Counted from the first letter of the stretch, positions 37,441 through 50,862 are shown. The stretch: DNA of 64,000 bases from Balanoglossus misakiensis (GCA_040954595.2 CM082593.2:10491477-10555476), one strand, 5' to 3'. Translations and numbers: made by a program. Notes: generated from the letters alone by a model not told the origin.

Positions 37441-39759
37441 CTGTGGAGGATAAAAAGAACACAGTGTTTTTGCAAAGGTCGGGGAACACTGGTAATGGAT
37501 TTGGGAACCCCGTTAATATTCCTATAACCTCCTAATATAACCACATTGATACACCCAGGGGAACCCCGGTAAAATGACTGGGGAACTCTGGTAGACTGCC
37601 TGACCACTGTGACATTGGCCTTGTTCTGTTGTTTTAATTCGGAGTGACTGGGGTACTCCGGTAGATTTTATCTAGGTACCGCCCTTAACAAAAACACTAG
37701 AACAGAATCACAATTTGGAAGGCATGAGAGGCAAATACCATTTAAGGATGTACACGCACAACATAAACTGATAAACAGTGCATGTGTGTCTGTTCCTGAA
37801 AGGATTACATCGATAATTGCCAGAAAACAAACTTCTACTATTGTCTTTTTCACGAAATTTTACACATAGCTCAGACAAGTAAACGTAAATTCCTTGGTCA
37901 AAAAAAATTATGTGGTCACCAAGCTCTATTATGAGATAAATTGCGTTAAAATCTTCGCCCATAGACAAACCATTGGTGAAAAATGCTGAGACAGCAAATT
38001 TCTTCTATTATCAACTAAATTCATGGCTCTGTATTTTTTTTAAAAAGGGCAATGACCCCTACAATTTTTAACGGATTCTCATTATACATACACAGCATAA
38101 TCCAAAAATCCACAATTAAAAGAATGACAATACTTTCAACGTGTATAATACCAGCATACACCTGTTTCAAGTCCAGTGTCCTAATACACCATCATCATGA
38201 ATTGGAACTCAAAGCAAGGCCAATGAGCAAACCCAGATTGACAACTCATTACACCAGCAAAGTGGTTTCTTTATGGAAGTGGTGGTACCAATAAATACTT
38301 TATTCAAGGTAAGAATTTCTTATTGTAGCAGTATTTTCATTTCCATTCATGTTTTAAAGGCCTTTTTTGTAGATTCTGAGTTTCTATGCCAGACAAAGTA
38401 TGATTATTTTTCCACTAATGCAGCCTGAATTAAAGTCAACATTTTTCACCATAGGTCTTTCTATGTTATTTTTCTATAGGCATGGACACATTTAAGTTTA
38501 TCTCAAAACTGAGCACAGTGGTGAGCCTACAACTTATATGAATCACTCAATTTAATTTCATTTGGATGAGTTATGAGTGAAACTTCTTAAAATTACAATA
38601 GTAGAAAAGGGTTTTCTATCAATTCTTAATGTTATCCTATGGGAAGAAACACATTCCATGAGCTCATACATGTAGTGTGTGCCATTCTTAACCCTTTCAG
38701 TATTATATGAATCAGATATAGAAGCTTGTTCAACGTCCCGTTGCGGCCAAGCCAATCAGATTGCACGTTATGTCAATCAAAACTGAAGGATACCTAAAGT
38801 TCTCTATAAGGCACCGTCTGATTGGTTTACTAGAGTTTTCAACGGGAGCTTCTATGGGAGTTGGTCAGATGTAGTGTGAGGCGACAGTATAAGAATACCG
38901 TACTGCGAAGTAAAAGACGTCGCCGTACCCTACATCTGATTTTAATCAGATTGTATGCACACATAAGCTGGTTTAGAATACTGATAAACCCTGATGAAAC
39001 AATCTCAGTAAAATATATACAGATGAGAATGAGAATGCAGTTAAAGTTAAATATACATTCGTTGTATCTTTTGGCTTTATTTCCAGTATTTTTGTTCTAT
39101 GTAGCAAATGCGATTTCATGTTCTACTCCACACAGATTGTTACTTGTCAGCACAGAATGTATGTGTATAATGGCCATTGTCATTGTTGACAATAATTCAT
39201 GGATTCTAGTCTGGACTTAAATTCCAATTTGGCACAATAACAATGCTGACCATACACATATATGTTTCATCATGTTTCGGGAATTTGCACAAGAAACTGC
39301 TAAACAAAGATACTGAAAACATAGGAAAAAGGTAAAGGTAATGGAGCTTTAATTACAATTCACACTGTATACAAAATCCATGTAAAAATTCAAAATACTG
39401 GATTTGTCAGCTTCAACTGATATGGGGGTCACACAAGAAATTGCTAAAACGTCTCAGATCAAATACTGGCATAAATTATTATTGGTGAATGGTTTAAGTG
39501 GTCCTGAATCTTCTCAGATTTGAGACACGTCTCTTACCAGGTTCACACAGGGTAAAATTTGAGACACTATTAGTATATGGTAAACACAGAGCGTTAATAC
39601 TTTGGGGGGGGGGGGGTTAGCTGGGCAGACCCGCCCTCCTTTATTTTTTGCCACCCTGCTATCTTACGCGCCGCCCTGCTTTCTTTTCATTCCCGCCTTG
39701 GTAAATATTTATTGTTTCTGGTGCACGCTCCCGCATGCGGCTGGCATTTGAGAGAATGA

Positions 39760-40867
39760 TATTTATTCAGTTTAGGGATGTTTTGTCGCCTTTGTACAAA
39801 ACACAAGCAGAAGGCCAAGTGCGGAGGGACTTGGGTTACAACATCTCCATGTACATGTACCACCCTTCGCGAAGACAAACTCAAGCAGCATGAAGAGACG
39901 ATTATCGACCGGGCGGCAATGCAGCTTGACGCCGAGGCAGCAGTTATCGAGAACAGCAGCGGTCTTGTGGCTGCATTTGACAAGGTCATCACCTTTGAGA
40001 CGCAAGCCTTCATGCATCGGCGTCCTACGATGCATGTATTTTCTCATGCACAGAGAATTGCCGCACACCACCAACTTCATCCATGTTTTGGAATTGGCAA
40101 AGTCCCTCGGGTGTTCATTCCTTGGTACTCTCAGCAGTGATGACCACAACTATAATGGTTTATTGCATTGGTAAGTAGGTCTACTGATTTTTGTGCAGAT
40201 CTAAATTGTAGGCAATGTAGTAACATTTATTTAAACCTGGTTGTTTTCAAGAAAGGATCACTGTTTAAGCAGTAGTGTTACACTCAATAAATAATAATTA
40301 CTGTACAAATTACTGTGAATTTTGATAAGTTTAATCTGAAGAGTAATTTTCATTTATTTCATTTTTCAGGCAAAGTCATCCGTGATGAGATTTTAGAGAA
40401 GATGAAAGGAAGTAACTTCTATTCACTGTTAATAGATGAAAACAACTGATGTGGCTGTATTGAAGCAATTAATCATCTATTCCAAGTACACCTTGAAGTC
40501 TGGGAAGTCAGTTGTGTCTTTCCTTGGAGTTAAAGAAGTAAGTGGAAAGTTTTTCAATTTTTAAGTCTACACTGAATTAAAAACATACGATTAAACATGT
40601 TTTTGAGTGACCTCATTTAATTGATTTTGCTGACTAGTTATTTCAGGTGAGACAAACATTGAGTTGTACATTGCATGTGTTAACATCAAGGTTTTATTTT
40701 CACTGTTTTAGGTTGGTGATGGCAGAGCAGACACCATTGCACAGTCAGTGAAAGAGTTTTCTTCAGAGAATGGTATTGTCTTAAGAGATCGTCTGTCTGC
40801 TTTGGGCAGTGATGGTGCTCCTGTTATGCTAGGACAGAAAGGAGGGGTGGCTACCAAACTAAAAGAA
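39760..40867 (+). pseudogene. Intron-containing hAT transposase remnant (ZNF862/C17orf113-like)
   Basis: Zn-finger-like MFCRLCTKH...LKQH, then YFL...LPHTTNF, FYSLLIDE/TTDVAVLKQLIIY and LGSDGAPVMLGQKGGVATKLK. Introns at 40171-40369 and 40538-40711, donor at 40868. Frameshifted, and the C-terminal half is absent. Confidence 0.88.
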
Positions 40868-41676
40868 GTGAGTGAAATTTTGAGTTGTGAAGACATTGTG
40901 ATTTTGTAAGTTTTTAGTTGGTGTCTTTATATCGTGACAATAATAATAGTAATAATTAAAGCTACAAGCAGCATTGAAGGGGCCCAAGCATAGAGATAAT
41001 AACCATTAGACTCCATTCAGGGTTGTACCATTCAATTGCGTAGGCTGTATTTGCTCTGGATGTGGAGATATGGGGAAGTAGGCAACCACCCGAAATGGAT
41101 GTCCTACAAGTACAAACACAACAACCACAAGTGAACTTCTACGTTATGTAAGGACTTCAGTTAAGTACTTCAAAGGTCAGCTGAGGGTACCCAAAAATTG
41201 GGCCAAAAATTTGGATTCCTATTTGGTTCATATTCAAGACAACGGAAAATTCTCGCCCTTTGGGTTTTTAAAATTAGGTATGGCCATAATAATGAGTTAC
41301 GCAAGTAAGTTACAGGTGGCCCTAGGAATTTAGCATTTCATGACGGTCCTACCCTACCCCTCCAAACACGTGGCTATATATGATGTGCATGTTAACATAT
41401 GGAAAGCAGGTCAATGGACACCTGAGGTCATTCAAAAATTTGACAGAAAAATTTCATTCCTGTTTATGTCTTGTGCAACAAATCCTACATTTGCAGCCCT
41501 TTCACTTTGCCTAACATTAGGTATGCACGTAATACATGAATCAAGCAGGTGTCAAAGGTATCCCCCTGTATTTGGCATTTCATGATAGTTTCATCCCTCC
41601 AAATACCAAAGCTGCACCTGTACAACGGGATGAGATATGGCACTGTATGACAGAGGTCATCCAAATCACCTTATAC

Positions 41677-42530
41677 ATCAATCAATCAATCAATCAGAGA
41701 AATTTGTATAGCGCCAGTATCTATAACAAGTGTCATACTCAAAGGCGCTTGTGCTCATTGGCCCACACCATATGCTCTTGCAAAATAATGCGTCTTCAGT
41801 CTTTTCTTAAAGATACTCAAACTTGGAGCTTGACGAATGTTCCACAGTTTCGTTGCAGCATGAGAGAATGCTCGGCCACCGTATGAAGAACGTTTGTACA
41901 TTGTAGTGCATAAAAGGCTCTTATTAGCTGAACGAAGCCTGCGACCAGGAGAATATGTCCGAATGAGATCGCGGATATAGTTCGGAGCGAGATTATTTAA
42001 GGCTTTGTATGTGAGCAGATTTATTTTATACTCTATCCTGTGGCGAACTGGTAACCAATGAAGAAGTTGAAGAACTGGCGTTATATGGGCAGACTTCCTG
42101 GACCGAGTTATGATTCTTGCAGCTGTATTTTGTGTGCGTTGTAGAAGGTTCAGACTGCGTTCTGGTATACCATACAGTAATGCATTACCATAGTCGAGTT
42201 TCGCTGCCAAAATAGCATGAATCACTGTTTGACATGTTGCTTTGTTAAGAAATTTCCTGATTTGTCCGACACGGCGAAAGTGGTAATATATTGATTGACA
42301 AGTTTTCTTGATGTGATCTTTATACATGTGCGTATTGTCAAATATTACACCAATATTGCGAGCTGATTTAACGACGGGAACAGAGCTTGAACCAATGGTA
42401 ATCTTGTCAATAGCATCAGCAGAGTGATGAAATTGTGAACGAATAAGTAGAATCTCAGTTTTTGGAGTCGTTGAGTTGAAGCTTGTTTTGGGTCATCCAG
42501 TCCTTAAGATCACGGATACAGGCCTCAATG
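41677..42530 (-). mobile_element. 5'-truncated L2/CR1-group LINE
   Basis: WMTQNKLQLN..KTEILLI, LDYGNALLYG, HITPVLQLLHWLPVRHRIEYK, FKKRLKTHYF. AGCGCC/GGCGCT 3' stem and a (GATT)n tail. Confidence 0.93.
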
Positions 42531-43236
42531 GACATTTGGGCAAAAACCAACTGACACTTACATTCGTCCCTGTGGAACAAAAACCACACCTATCGCCCTG
42601 TTGGTTAGTGTCTAATTAAATGTACAAAATCAATGACTTAGGCAGGTGCAACAGACGACCCCGCCTTTGGTATATCATTATGGTCCCATCCGTATATGCC
42701 CCCCCCCCCCCTCCCAAGCCAAAGCTGCATGCATCTGCTGTGGATGCTCACTAAGCAAAAGTAGGTGAAAGGTCACATAAGGTCGCCCACAACTTGACGG
42801 GAAAATCGGACTTCATATTGATCCATGTGCAACAAATAGCACGCTACCACCCCTTTCATTGACCCCACAATTACGCATGCACATAATTATTGAGTTATGC
42901 AGGTGTCACAGGTGACACCCGAATCGGGTGTATTATTTTAGTCCCATACAGCTGCATGTAGCTGCGTGCCGTTACGGGCGACCTGATAACCCACACGGCC
43001 ACCTGCGGGCCGACCCCCATACTGAACGTCCAGTTGCAACATCACGACTGAAGTAGGAACTTTTGAACGGCAACGAAGCCTGATCTCTGATTATTGCTGG
43101 TACCATACTCCTGTCGTGCAAGAAAATCACTGGTCTGCTGACGTATTTCAGCCAATTTCCCAAACTACTATCCACTACATGTGACTACAATGCTAATGAA
43201 ACCTCCCACAACATTAGCGACTTAGGGTCAAAGTCC

Positions 43237-45778
43237 ACTGTTTTAAATTTTTTCATCGGTTTTACTTTAAAGGATGCCCACAAATTGCAACAGTAAATAT
43301 TACTACAATATGCCAAAAATAAAACTTTCTTCACATCTTGACTAAAATGTTGAAAATGTCTCAATAGCATGTTTGCTCTAACACAAAATGCTCTTCTCTG
43401 TCGTTCAATATCTTCATTATCACAACCCTCACAAGATATAACATGGCCCAGATAGGTGTGTACAGGTACAAACTTTAAAGTGATGTCATTAAGTTTAACC
43501 GAAGGAATTCTTTGAACGCTCATATTCTTCCCATTAAAAAGCATGCACACAGTTTTACTAGAATTATAAATTATATCATAATCATTGCCATAAATTTCAC
43601 AAATTCTAAGAAGACGGTGTAGACCCTTAATACTTGGACTGAGTAGAGTCATGTCGTCAGCGTAACCTAAAGTGTTAGCGCTGACACCACACATGGTACA
43701 GCCAACTTTGGCTTTACAGAGTGCATTGATAAGATCATCAATGTAGACATTAAAAAAATAGGGAGAGAGTACTCCCCCTTGTCTTACACCGTTAGAAACA
43801 GAAAACAACTCTGAGGTTTCATTACCCCACAACACAGTAAACAATTGATTTCTGTACCATTAAAGGTCAAATGTCATGCTTTGGAAAGTTTTCATTTTTC
43901 CACGTCAAAAGCTCACCTAGGGTACCTGTCTATGCATTGCCTATTGTGACGGTTCCGAAAAATGTGCACGAATGCCGGAATTTGCCACCTTTTTTCATGC
44001 CTGTGATCGGGGAGCCACTTCGCACTCAAGCCAGGCGAAGGTATTTGCATATGGACAAACAAGTACACTATGTCGTAGTGTACCATTCTGTTTACAGTAA
44101 AGTGTAATTATCGGTCCATGAGTAATTAAGTCCACAGACAAAGATAAGCTATATAAACAGTGTTCAAAGCAAAGGAAGCCCTTGCCTCACATTGCAGGCA
44201 GAGGATTTACAAAGGTGTGAAAGACTATTTGTCCACATCAAGATAAGTCTTCGGCTTAACTTCGAAAAGCCAAAAAAAATCGACTGAGTTGGGTTAGGGG
44301 TACACGCCCACCCGCCACTTTTACTTGCTTGTTATCTAAGCACAAGGGGCAAAACGCATTGCAAGATAGTAACATACGTTAACTTCAAGACCCAAATAGT
44401 GATTTTACGCGTGGTTGTATAGGGCATGGCATGTGACCTTTAATATAAAATTCGTACAGCATACAAGGGAACATTCCTGTCGATGAGCTTGTTAACCAGT
44501 TTAAAGTGATTAACTCTGTCAAAAGCTTTTGAAGCATCCAGAAAACAAGTAAACACTGGTCTTCCATTGCTGGTGTAGTAGCTAATGATTTCTTTAAATG
44601 CAAATAAACACAGGTCAGTTGAATGTTCTCGCTTGAAACCAAATTGTAAATAATGAGAGGTAAGAAACTCCTCACAACGAGAAAGTAAAATAGGCTCAAA
44701 AACTTTAGAGAAAACAGTTGCTAGTGCTATCGGCCGGTAGTTACTGGCATCACTACAAAGCTTAGTTTTATCCTTAATTGGAACTAAAATAACGTTGATA
44801 GCCTCAGTTTGCAGGTAACCATGAACAATCAAGTCAAAATGGGTAAAATAGAGGAGTCTGAGAATTTGAGGTGCTCAGCTGAAATATTGTCAATGCCAGC
44901 TGTCTTATCGTCAGGTAACTTATGTATAGCAGAAATTACTTCTTCTTCAGAAACATACATATCAGAAGAAAATTTAACATACTTCATTTTCTCCTCGATG
45001 TCATTTTTACCAGTCTGAGCCTGGACAGAATTCAAAATATCACTGAAATGCTTGTGCCACATAATTGCAATTTCACTCTCACCAGTCGCTCCACCTACAG
45101 TGTCAGAAAGCGGCATTTTTCTGCTAGTTTGCTTTCTGACTTCCTTCCAGAAGTCGTTCTGTTTGTGGCAGCGTAAATTGTCAGCCATCTTGTCAGCCCT
45201 ATTTTGATTCTCAATCTTTTTACAAGCACGTAAAGCATACTTAAAACGAGCTCTGGAAGATTTCATGGTTTCAAAAAGCGGGCCTTGTTAAGGTTTACCC
45301 CCATTAACCCATAATAAAAACATGGAACGGGCATAGTCGTGACTTTCTTTTACAAAATCGTTCCAGCCAGGCACAACATGAACTTTCTGGTGAAACTTAC
45401 GCCTAATGGTATCTTTTGCAGCACAATTCAATGCGTCCACAACACTACTATAACAAGTATCAATTGCCTGTAAATGCGAAGGGTATGTACAGTTCACATT
45501 AGTGCAGAATAACTCTTCGGATAAATTAATCTTATCAACCTTGGCTTTGGTACAACGGGTGTAGGCGGATATATTCTGCTGTGACAATTTTTTCCAATCA
45601 ACTCGAAAATTACATTGCTTGAAGGAACTACTGCTGAAGCATTCATCAGCAGAAGTGTTGAAATGAACCTCTATTGAAACAGGAATATGGTCGGAGTCAA
45701 CAACATTGCAAAGACTCGAAATTGAAAGAACATTGCTATAAAAAATTTTAGTGGTAACACAGTGGTCAATCCAAACTC
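43237..45778 (-). mobile_element. Degenerate RTEX-like non-LTR retrotransposon ORF2 (end of the AP endonuclease plus RT)
   Basis: WIDH...SDHIPV, PGWNDFVK, NYRPIAL, QFGFK, LDASKAFDRVNH, GVRQGGVLSP, YADD, YLG. Stops and frameshifts are present and both ends are truncated. Confidence 0.9.
43864..44439. mobile_element. Kolobok-like MITE inserted in the RT domain
   Basis: TTAA-AGGTCAAATGTCATGC...GCATGGCATGTGACCT-TTAA. The RT sequence resumes on either side. Confidence 0.9.
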
Positions 45779-47105
45779 AGCGTAATTCAATAAAACGCCC
45801 TAACACAGCCTGAACTCCGATAATGTGTTGTCCCAAAATTCATTCCATGGAAAATAATCACTGGTCTGTTTACGTATTTCAGCCGATTTTCCAAGGACTA
45901 CTGCAACTCGCCAGAAGTGAGTAGCCTGCTAATGAGATCTCCACAACATTACGTAATGACGGTCAAAGTCCGATGCCCCAGTGTCCGTCCTCAGCCCACC
46001 AAAAAATGCGAAAAAATATTACAAAAATCTTCTTCTCAAAATCGACGTGGCCTAGGACCTTGAAATTTGGCACAGGGGATTTTGGCCACATGGTCTACAA
46101 AAATCGCGAAAAGAATGTACATGCCCCCATTAACGTGCAAATTAGGTCAATTTGAAAATTTCGCTCGATTATAGCCACAAAGTCACGTGACTAATTACAA
46201 ATTCAAAGGGCAGGTGCACCAGTACTCATGGGCCCCAACCACCGTGCCAAATTTGGAGGCGCACCTGCCGGAATTTCAGAGAAAAACGGGCGCAAAAAAA
46301 CGACTCAAGAAGAAAGAAGACAAACTCCAGCAATAACAGAAGGGGACCAAGCGCCTGAGGGCTCTTGGTCCCCTAAATATGGGACTAAACTTGACAGATA
46401 CCCGGAATATTTTCCTATTTAGGATACCTGGTTGCATTTCCACCTAAAGGCGTCCTATTGGCGTGGAAATTTTATAACTTGAAATCGTTTGACTGGGTGA
46501 TAGGTATTAATATCTTATGATGTTATAAAACACTTGGCTCGCCGAAGGTAAGGACCGATTATAGCGTCAGTCGTGTCATAAAATCTATATGAACGTCATG
46601 GGTCAATAAACTTGATGGTCCAATAAAATTTAATGGTTCGTAAAACTATTGTGTCCAATGTCTGCAGAGTATACTGGCTGCAACATGTGTATGAGTCAGG
46701 ATTAACGGCTGTAGCCATCAACCCAAAAGGTGAACGTCCTATTCTCACTAACTTAAATAGGTTTTGCGACCTAGTTGAGTGATAAAAACCTTATGATAAA
46801 GTCGACACAATTTCAAGATGACGATGTGCAAATGAGAGTTCATAAGCTAAAGTAAAGTTCAATGAATTCTATACAAAGTTCAAAAAAGATTTTTTACTAA
46901 AGGAAGACATGAACAAACTGATATCGTCTCTTCATATTCGTACATGTCCAACTGTTGTGATTTGACCCCCCCCCCCCATGGTACATGAACCTATTACTTA
47001 GTACACACTTAAACAATTGGCATTTGAAGTGCCTTGCTTGACAGTGTTTAATGCGGTGGTCAGCCGCGTTTATCTCTCGCCACTTCATGCATCATGTCGC
47101 CTTAA

Positions 47106-47426
47106 AGGGACAAACTCTCTCTCTCGTCGCCCTTTTCTATTAATTATGTTTGATACAAGACACCGTTTATATTAATGGGCATGTGTATATGTAGTGAATG
47201 AACGTTCAACCACACACAACTTCCATCCTGCTTGTATGATATGAGAGTAAAAACTCGCCCAAAATGAATTAATGGTAGAGACCGATTTTTCAGTTTTGCG
47301 AGTTTTCGCTCTCGTGTCTACATGCGGGATAGAAGGTGTGTGCGGTTGAACGTTGCATCACTATATATCCACATTTACATTAATATAAACGGTGTTTTGT
47401 ATCAAACATGGAAAAGGGCAGCGAGT
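47106..47426. mobile_element. Palindromic Kolobok-like MITE, same family as 25993, right end eroded
   Basis: Starts TTAA-AGGGACAAA and is colinear with 25993-26339. Confidence 0.9.
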
Positions 47427-48065
47427 TAAGGATGTACGATCAGTAAAATTGAAAGCATTGTCATTTCTTTTAATCGTGAATTTTCGTTTCTGATTTGTAT
47501 GTATAATGAAAATCCATTTTGGGTCACTGCACTTGTTTTCGACTTTAAACAAGGCCGTGAATTTAGTCGACAATTGAAGAAAACTGCTAACGGTCAGCAT
47601 TTTCTACCAATGGTTTGTCTATGGATACAATATTGAACAAAGTTTATCTCAAAATAGAGCGTGATGAATTTATTTTGATTTGTCGGAGCTATGTGTAAAA
47701 TTTCATGAAAATGACAATAGTAGAAGTGAGTTTTCTAACTATTCTCCATGTACTCCTATGGGAAGAGACACAGGCGCACAGTTTACCAGTTGACGACCTC
47801 TAAAGAGGAAACGGGGGGGGGGGGGGGATGATGAAAGGTTTAAGACTTACAGATCACAACTTAAAGAGCCATTCAGAAAGAGGCTTAGAGTGGAGTATCA
47901 AATCGGACGATACCACTGACTGGTGGAGGAAGACAAAATAAGCAAACTGAGTAGATGAGTGCTCAGATTTCTTCAGAGGACCAAACGTTTCAAAGAATTA
48001 TACGTGACAATCCATGCCTGGTCCGTCAGTAGATATAAACAGAACATTGTGGCTGTATTCATTAA

Positions 48066-48356
48066 AGGGACCAAGTCTCTCTCTCGCTGCCCTTTTTCCA
48101 TTAATTATGTTTGATACAAGACTGCGTTTATATTATTCTACATGTGGATATAGTGAATCAACGTTCAACCATACACACCTTCCACCCCGCTTGTATAGAC
48201 ACGAGAGTTTTAAAAAGTAGCCAAAATGAATAAACGGTCTCTACCATTTATTCATTTTGGGCGAGTTTTTACTCTCGTATCATACAAGCCGGATGGAAGT
48301 TGTGTGTGGTTGAACGTTCATTCACTAACATAAACGGTGTCTTGTATCATGTCCCT
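48066..48356. mobile_element. Palindromic Kolobok-like MITE, same family, opposite orientation, internally deleted
   Basis: TTAA-AGGGAC...GTCCCT-TTAA. Confidence 0.9.
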
Positions 48357-49137
48357 TTAACACTTTTGAAGCATTTTACTAATGCTAACATGACTAGACC
48401 AATTGAATGATGTTACATTGCAGGTTATCAACTCAGAGGGGCGTCTTGTTATAAAGCGGTACCTGACAAACAATCAGCTGGCAACGCTGAAAATACCTGT
48501 CAGTCGTAAGTATGAAAGTATACATCATTTGAGTAGAATTTTACGGGAGTTCCTAACAAGGCTTGGACATGTCACGCACAAATACAAAGGGCGCGTATAA
48601 AGACAGACAAAACCTCGCTCAGTGTGAGGTGTTCAGCGATTGCATCTGATAAGTCGAAAATGCTTGATCACGTGTCATGTTCAGTTGGGAAATTGGATAT
48701 GTCTCAGGCCAAAAAAACTAATATGTGCTATTCCGATTACATGGTTTTCAAAAATATTGTAGGTAGAAAGGGACATTTTTTTATTTTTCAATTTTTTTTA
48801 TATCTTTGGCCGTCGTAGTGTAGAAGAATGACATCATAGATCTTGCGTGATTCTCGCAATTTTCATGAATTGTTTTATATTTGACATCGTTATTTTTACT
48901 TCCGGTTTGCGAAGATCTAAACTGTTTTGGGTCGGCGGGCTAAAATTAGGGTAGTTCGGGTAATCGTTATGACATTGGGAGCTACGGCTGCAAAACCATG
49001 TGTCTCGTGCGAAAAGGGCCCTTAACCTTTTGCAATATTTAACAGCAAACAACAGACAGTTTTGAGAATAAAAGGTTTCCGTCGTGTCTGACTTTCATAT
49101 CGCATTAATAGCATATCCCTAATTTTAAAGAAATTAG

Positions 49138-49372
49138 GAGAGACAGAGTGAAACAGGCAGAGTGGCAGACAGACACAAGCAGACAGACAGAGCAACATTC
49201 ATCAGTAGAGACACTCACCGGTCGCTCGCTCGCTCGCTCACTCTCTCTCTCAGAGAGAGGGGGCAGACAGTCAGACAGACAGACGTTGACAGACAGTCAG
49301 TAAGTCAGTCAGCCAGTTAATCAGTCAGTCAGACGTCAAAGACACAGTGACACAAACACAGCGAGGGAGACA
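49138..49372. repeat. Degenerate (CAGA)/(CAGT)/(TCGC)/(TC) simple repeats
   Basis: Directly visible in the sequence. Confidence 0.8.
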
Positions 49373-50862
49373 AAAGGACCTTTCATGCTTAAACCCCTGT
49401 TCTTCTGTTATAAACTTTGAAAACCGTTCGTTTTCAGACTGCAGATTGCTCGAATAACGCGGCACACTGCCGAAACAATAAAACAAATACTAGTGGGAGC
49501 TCATAAAATAAAATCGCTCAACCATTCCGTCGTCCTGAGTGACCTCAGCCACATTAATTCCGACGTCTTTTTAGGGTCATGAAAAAAGTCACAAATAAGG
49601 TATTTCCCCTAGGTCCACCTGAAGCAAAAAGTTTTCGTTTCGACTCCATCATTCCGAATAGTAAGAAAGCAACAAAATTGAAAAGACAGATGTAAAATGC
49701 AATCTCTCTCACGTGGTAACGTTTGTAACTATGGCAATCACGGTACGTGTTCAGTACACAGACAGGGAGAAAAGTTTCCCCATGCAATACATGTGTTCAG
49801 TAAGGTTTGACCTTGGTTTTACTTTGTACCATGATCGCCGCTTTCTAAGCATGGATGAACGACGGCGGTCAGACCCAATCGAACCCTTTCATGTCAGATG
49901 ACCACGGTATCTCCAGTGTGAGATGACATTTGACAAACCATTTGATTTCAACAAAATCTTCGCGTCGTCAACGCGTCGCATACCAGTCGCATATCGGTAT
50001 TTACCCAATCATAAAAGTTGGAAATTCGGGAGACTCGATCTGCAACCAAGTTGAGAGTAAATTTTGACGTTTGACTATTGGCAAGTAAACAGGTTACACA
50101 ATGACTTGTCGGTTTTTCCTCCGTCATGGTCGTTCTTGACCCAAGTGTCCTTCCTTGACATTTAGACACACCTTGCGGTATGACCTTGGTGGTCATGTGC
50201 AATTAGTTTTCTTGTATAAGACGCTTTTCATGCCGGGGTAGACGACTTGTGCGTGGATCATCAACATTTCAGTGATATTTCAACGCAAAGTTTTAGCAAT
50301 ATTGAGAAAACAGGTAGTGAGGTGTCAAATGCATATCAATGTACGAAAATTAGGTCAAGCCACCCGACAGCAACCGCTTTCACACAGTGTCGGACGTTGC
50401 ACGGAATGTGAAACGTTACACTGCTTCGGCCGTTCACATGCACCTGGGCGTGGTTTTGATTGATGGTCAAACGCCCCCACTTACTTTGGGCGTTTTCAAT
50501 GGTAAATGTGTCGTATTGATCGAAACCTTGCCGTAAACACATTTTTTTTGCTGAATCAACATTCAGAGTTCAGCCGTCTAGTTAACGAAGTATTGAAATA
50601 AGCCACTTGTTCATCATTTTTTGTCTGTCAAACGTGTTTATTCGGACAGGGACCGGCCGCCAATGAGTGGTTTAGGGAGCCCACACGTACACTCTGGTAC
50701 CTGGACAATTAACAAAGACATGACGTGTGTACCGTCCGGTTCGAAAAGATTGGTTTAAGGTAGTCCTGGTAACAGTCATCCTAACGAGGCCAGGGGAGGT
50801 CTCCAAGGGCGAAATAAACAAAGCTACCGATGACGAGTCGAATTCGAATCGGACGATGCTTG

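Larger units (their letters stand above)
40958..46376 (+). mobile_element. Large Helentron/HINE-like non-autonomous element hosting nested insertions
   Basis: Starts TT|AAAGCTACAAGCAGCATTGAAGGGGCCCAAGC and ends with the hairpin AGGGGACCAAG...CTTGGTCCCCT-AA. Internal core repeats at 43120-43235 and 45850-45972. Confidence 0.6.

Noticed and set aside
38688-38702. piggyBac-like end TTAACCCTTTCAG
   Set aside because: No matching opposite end was found.
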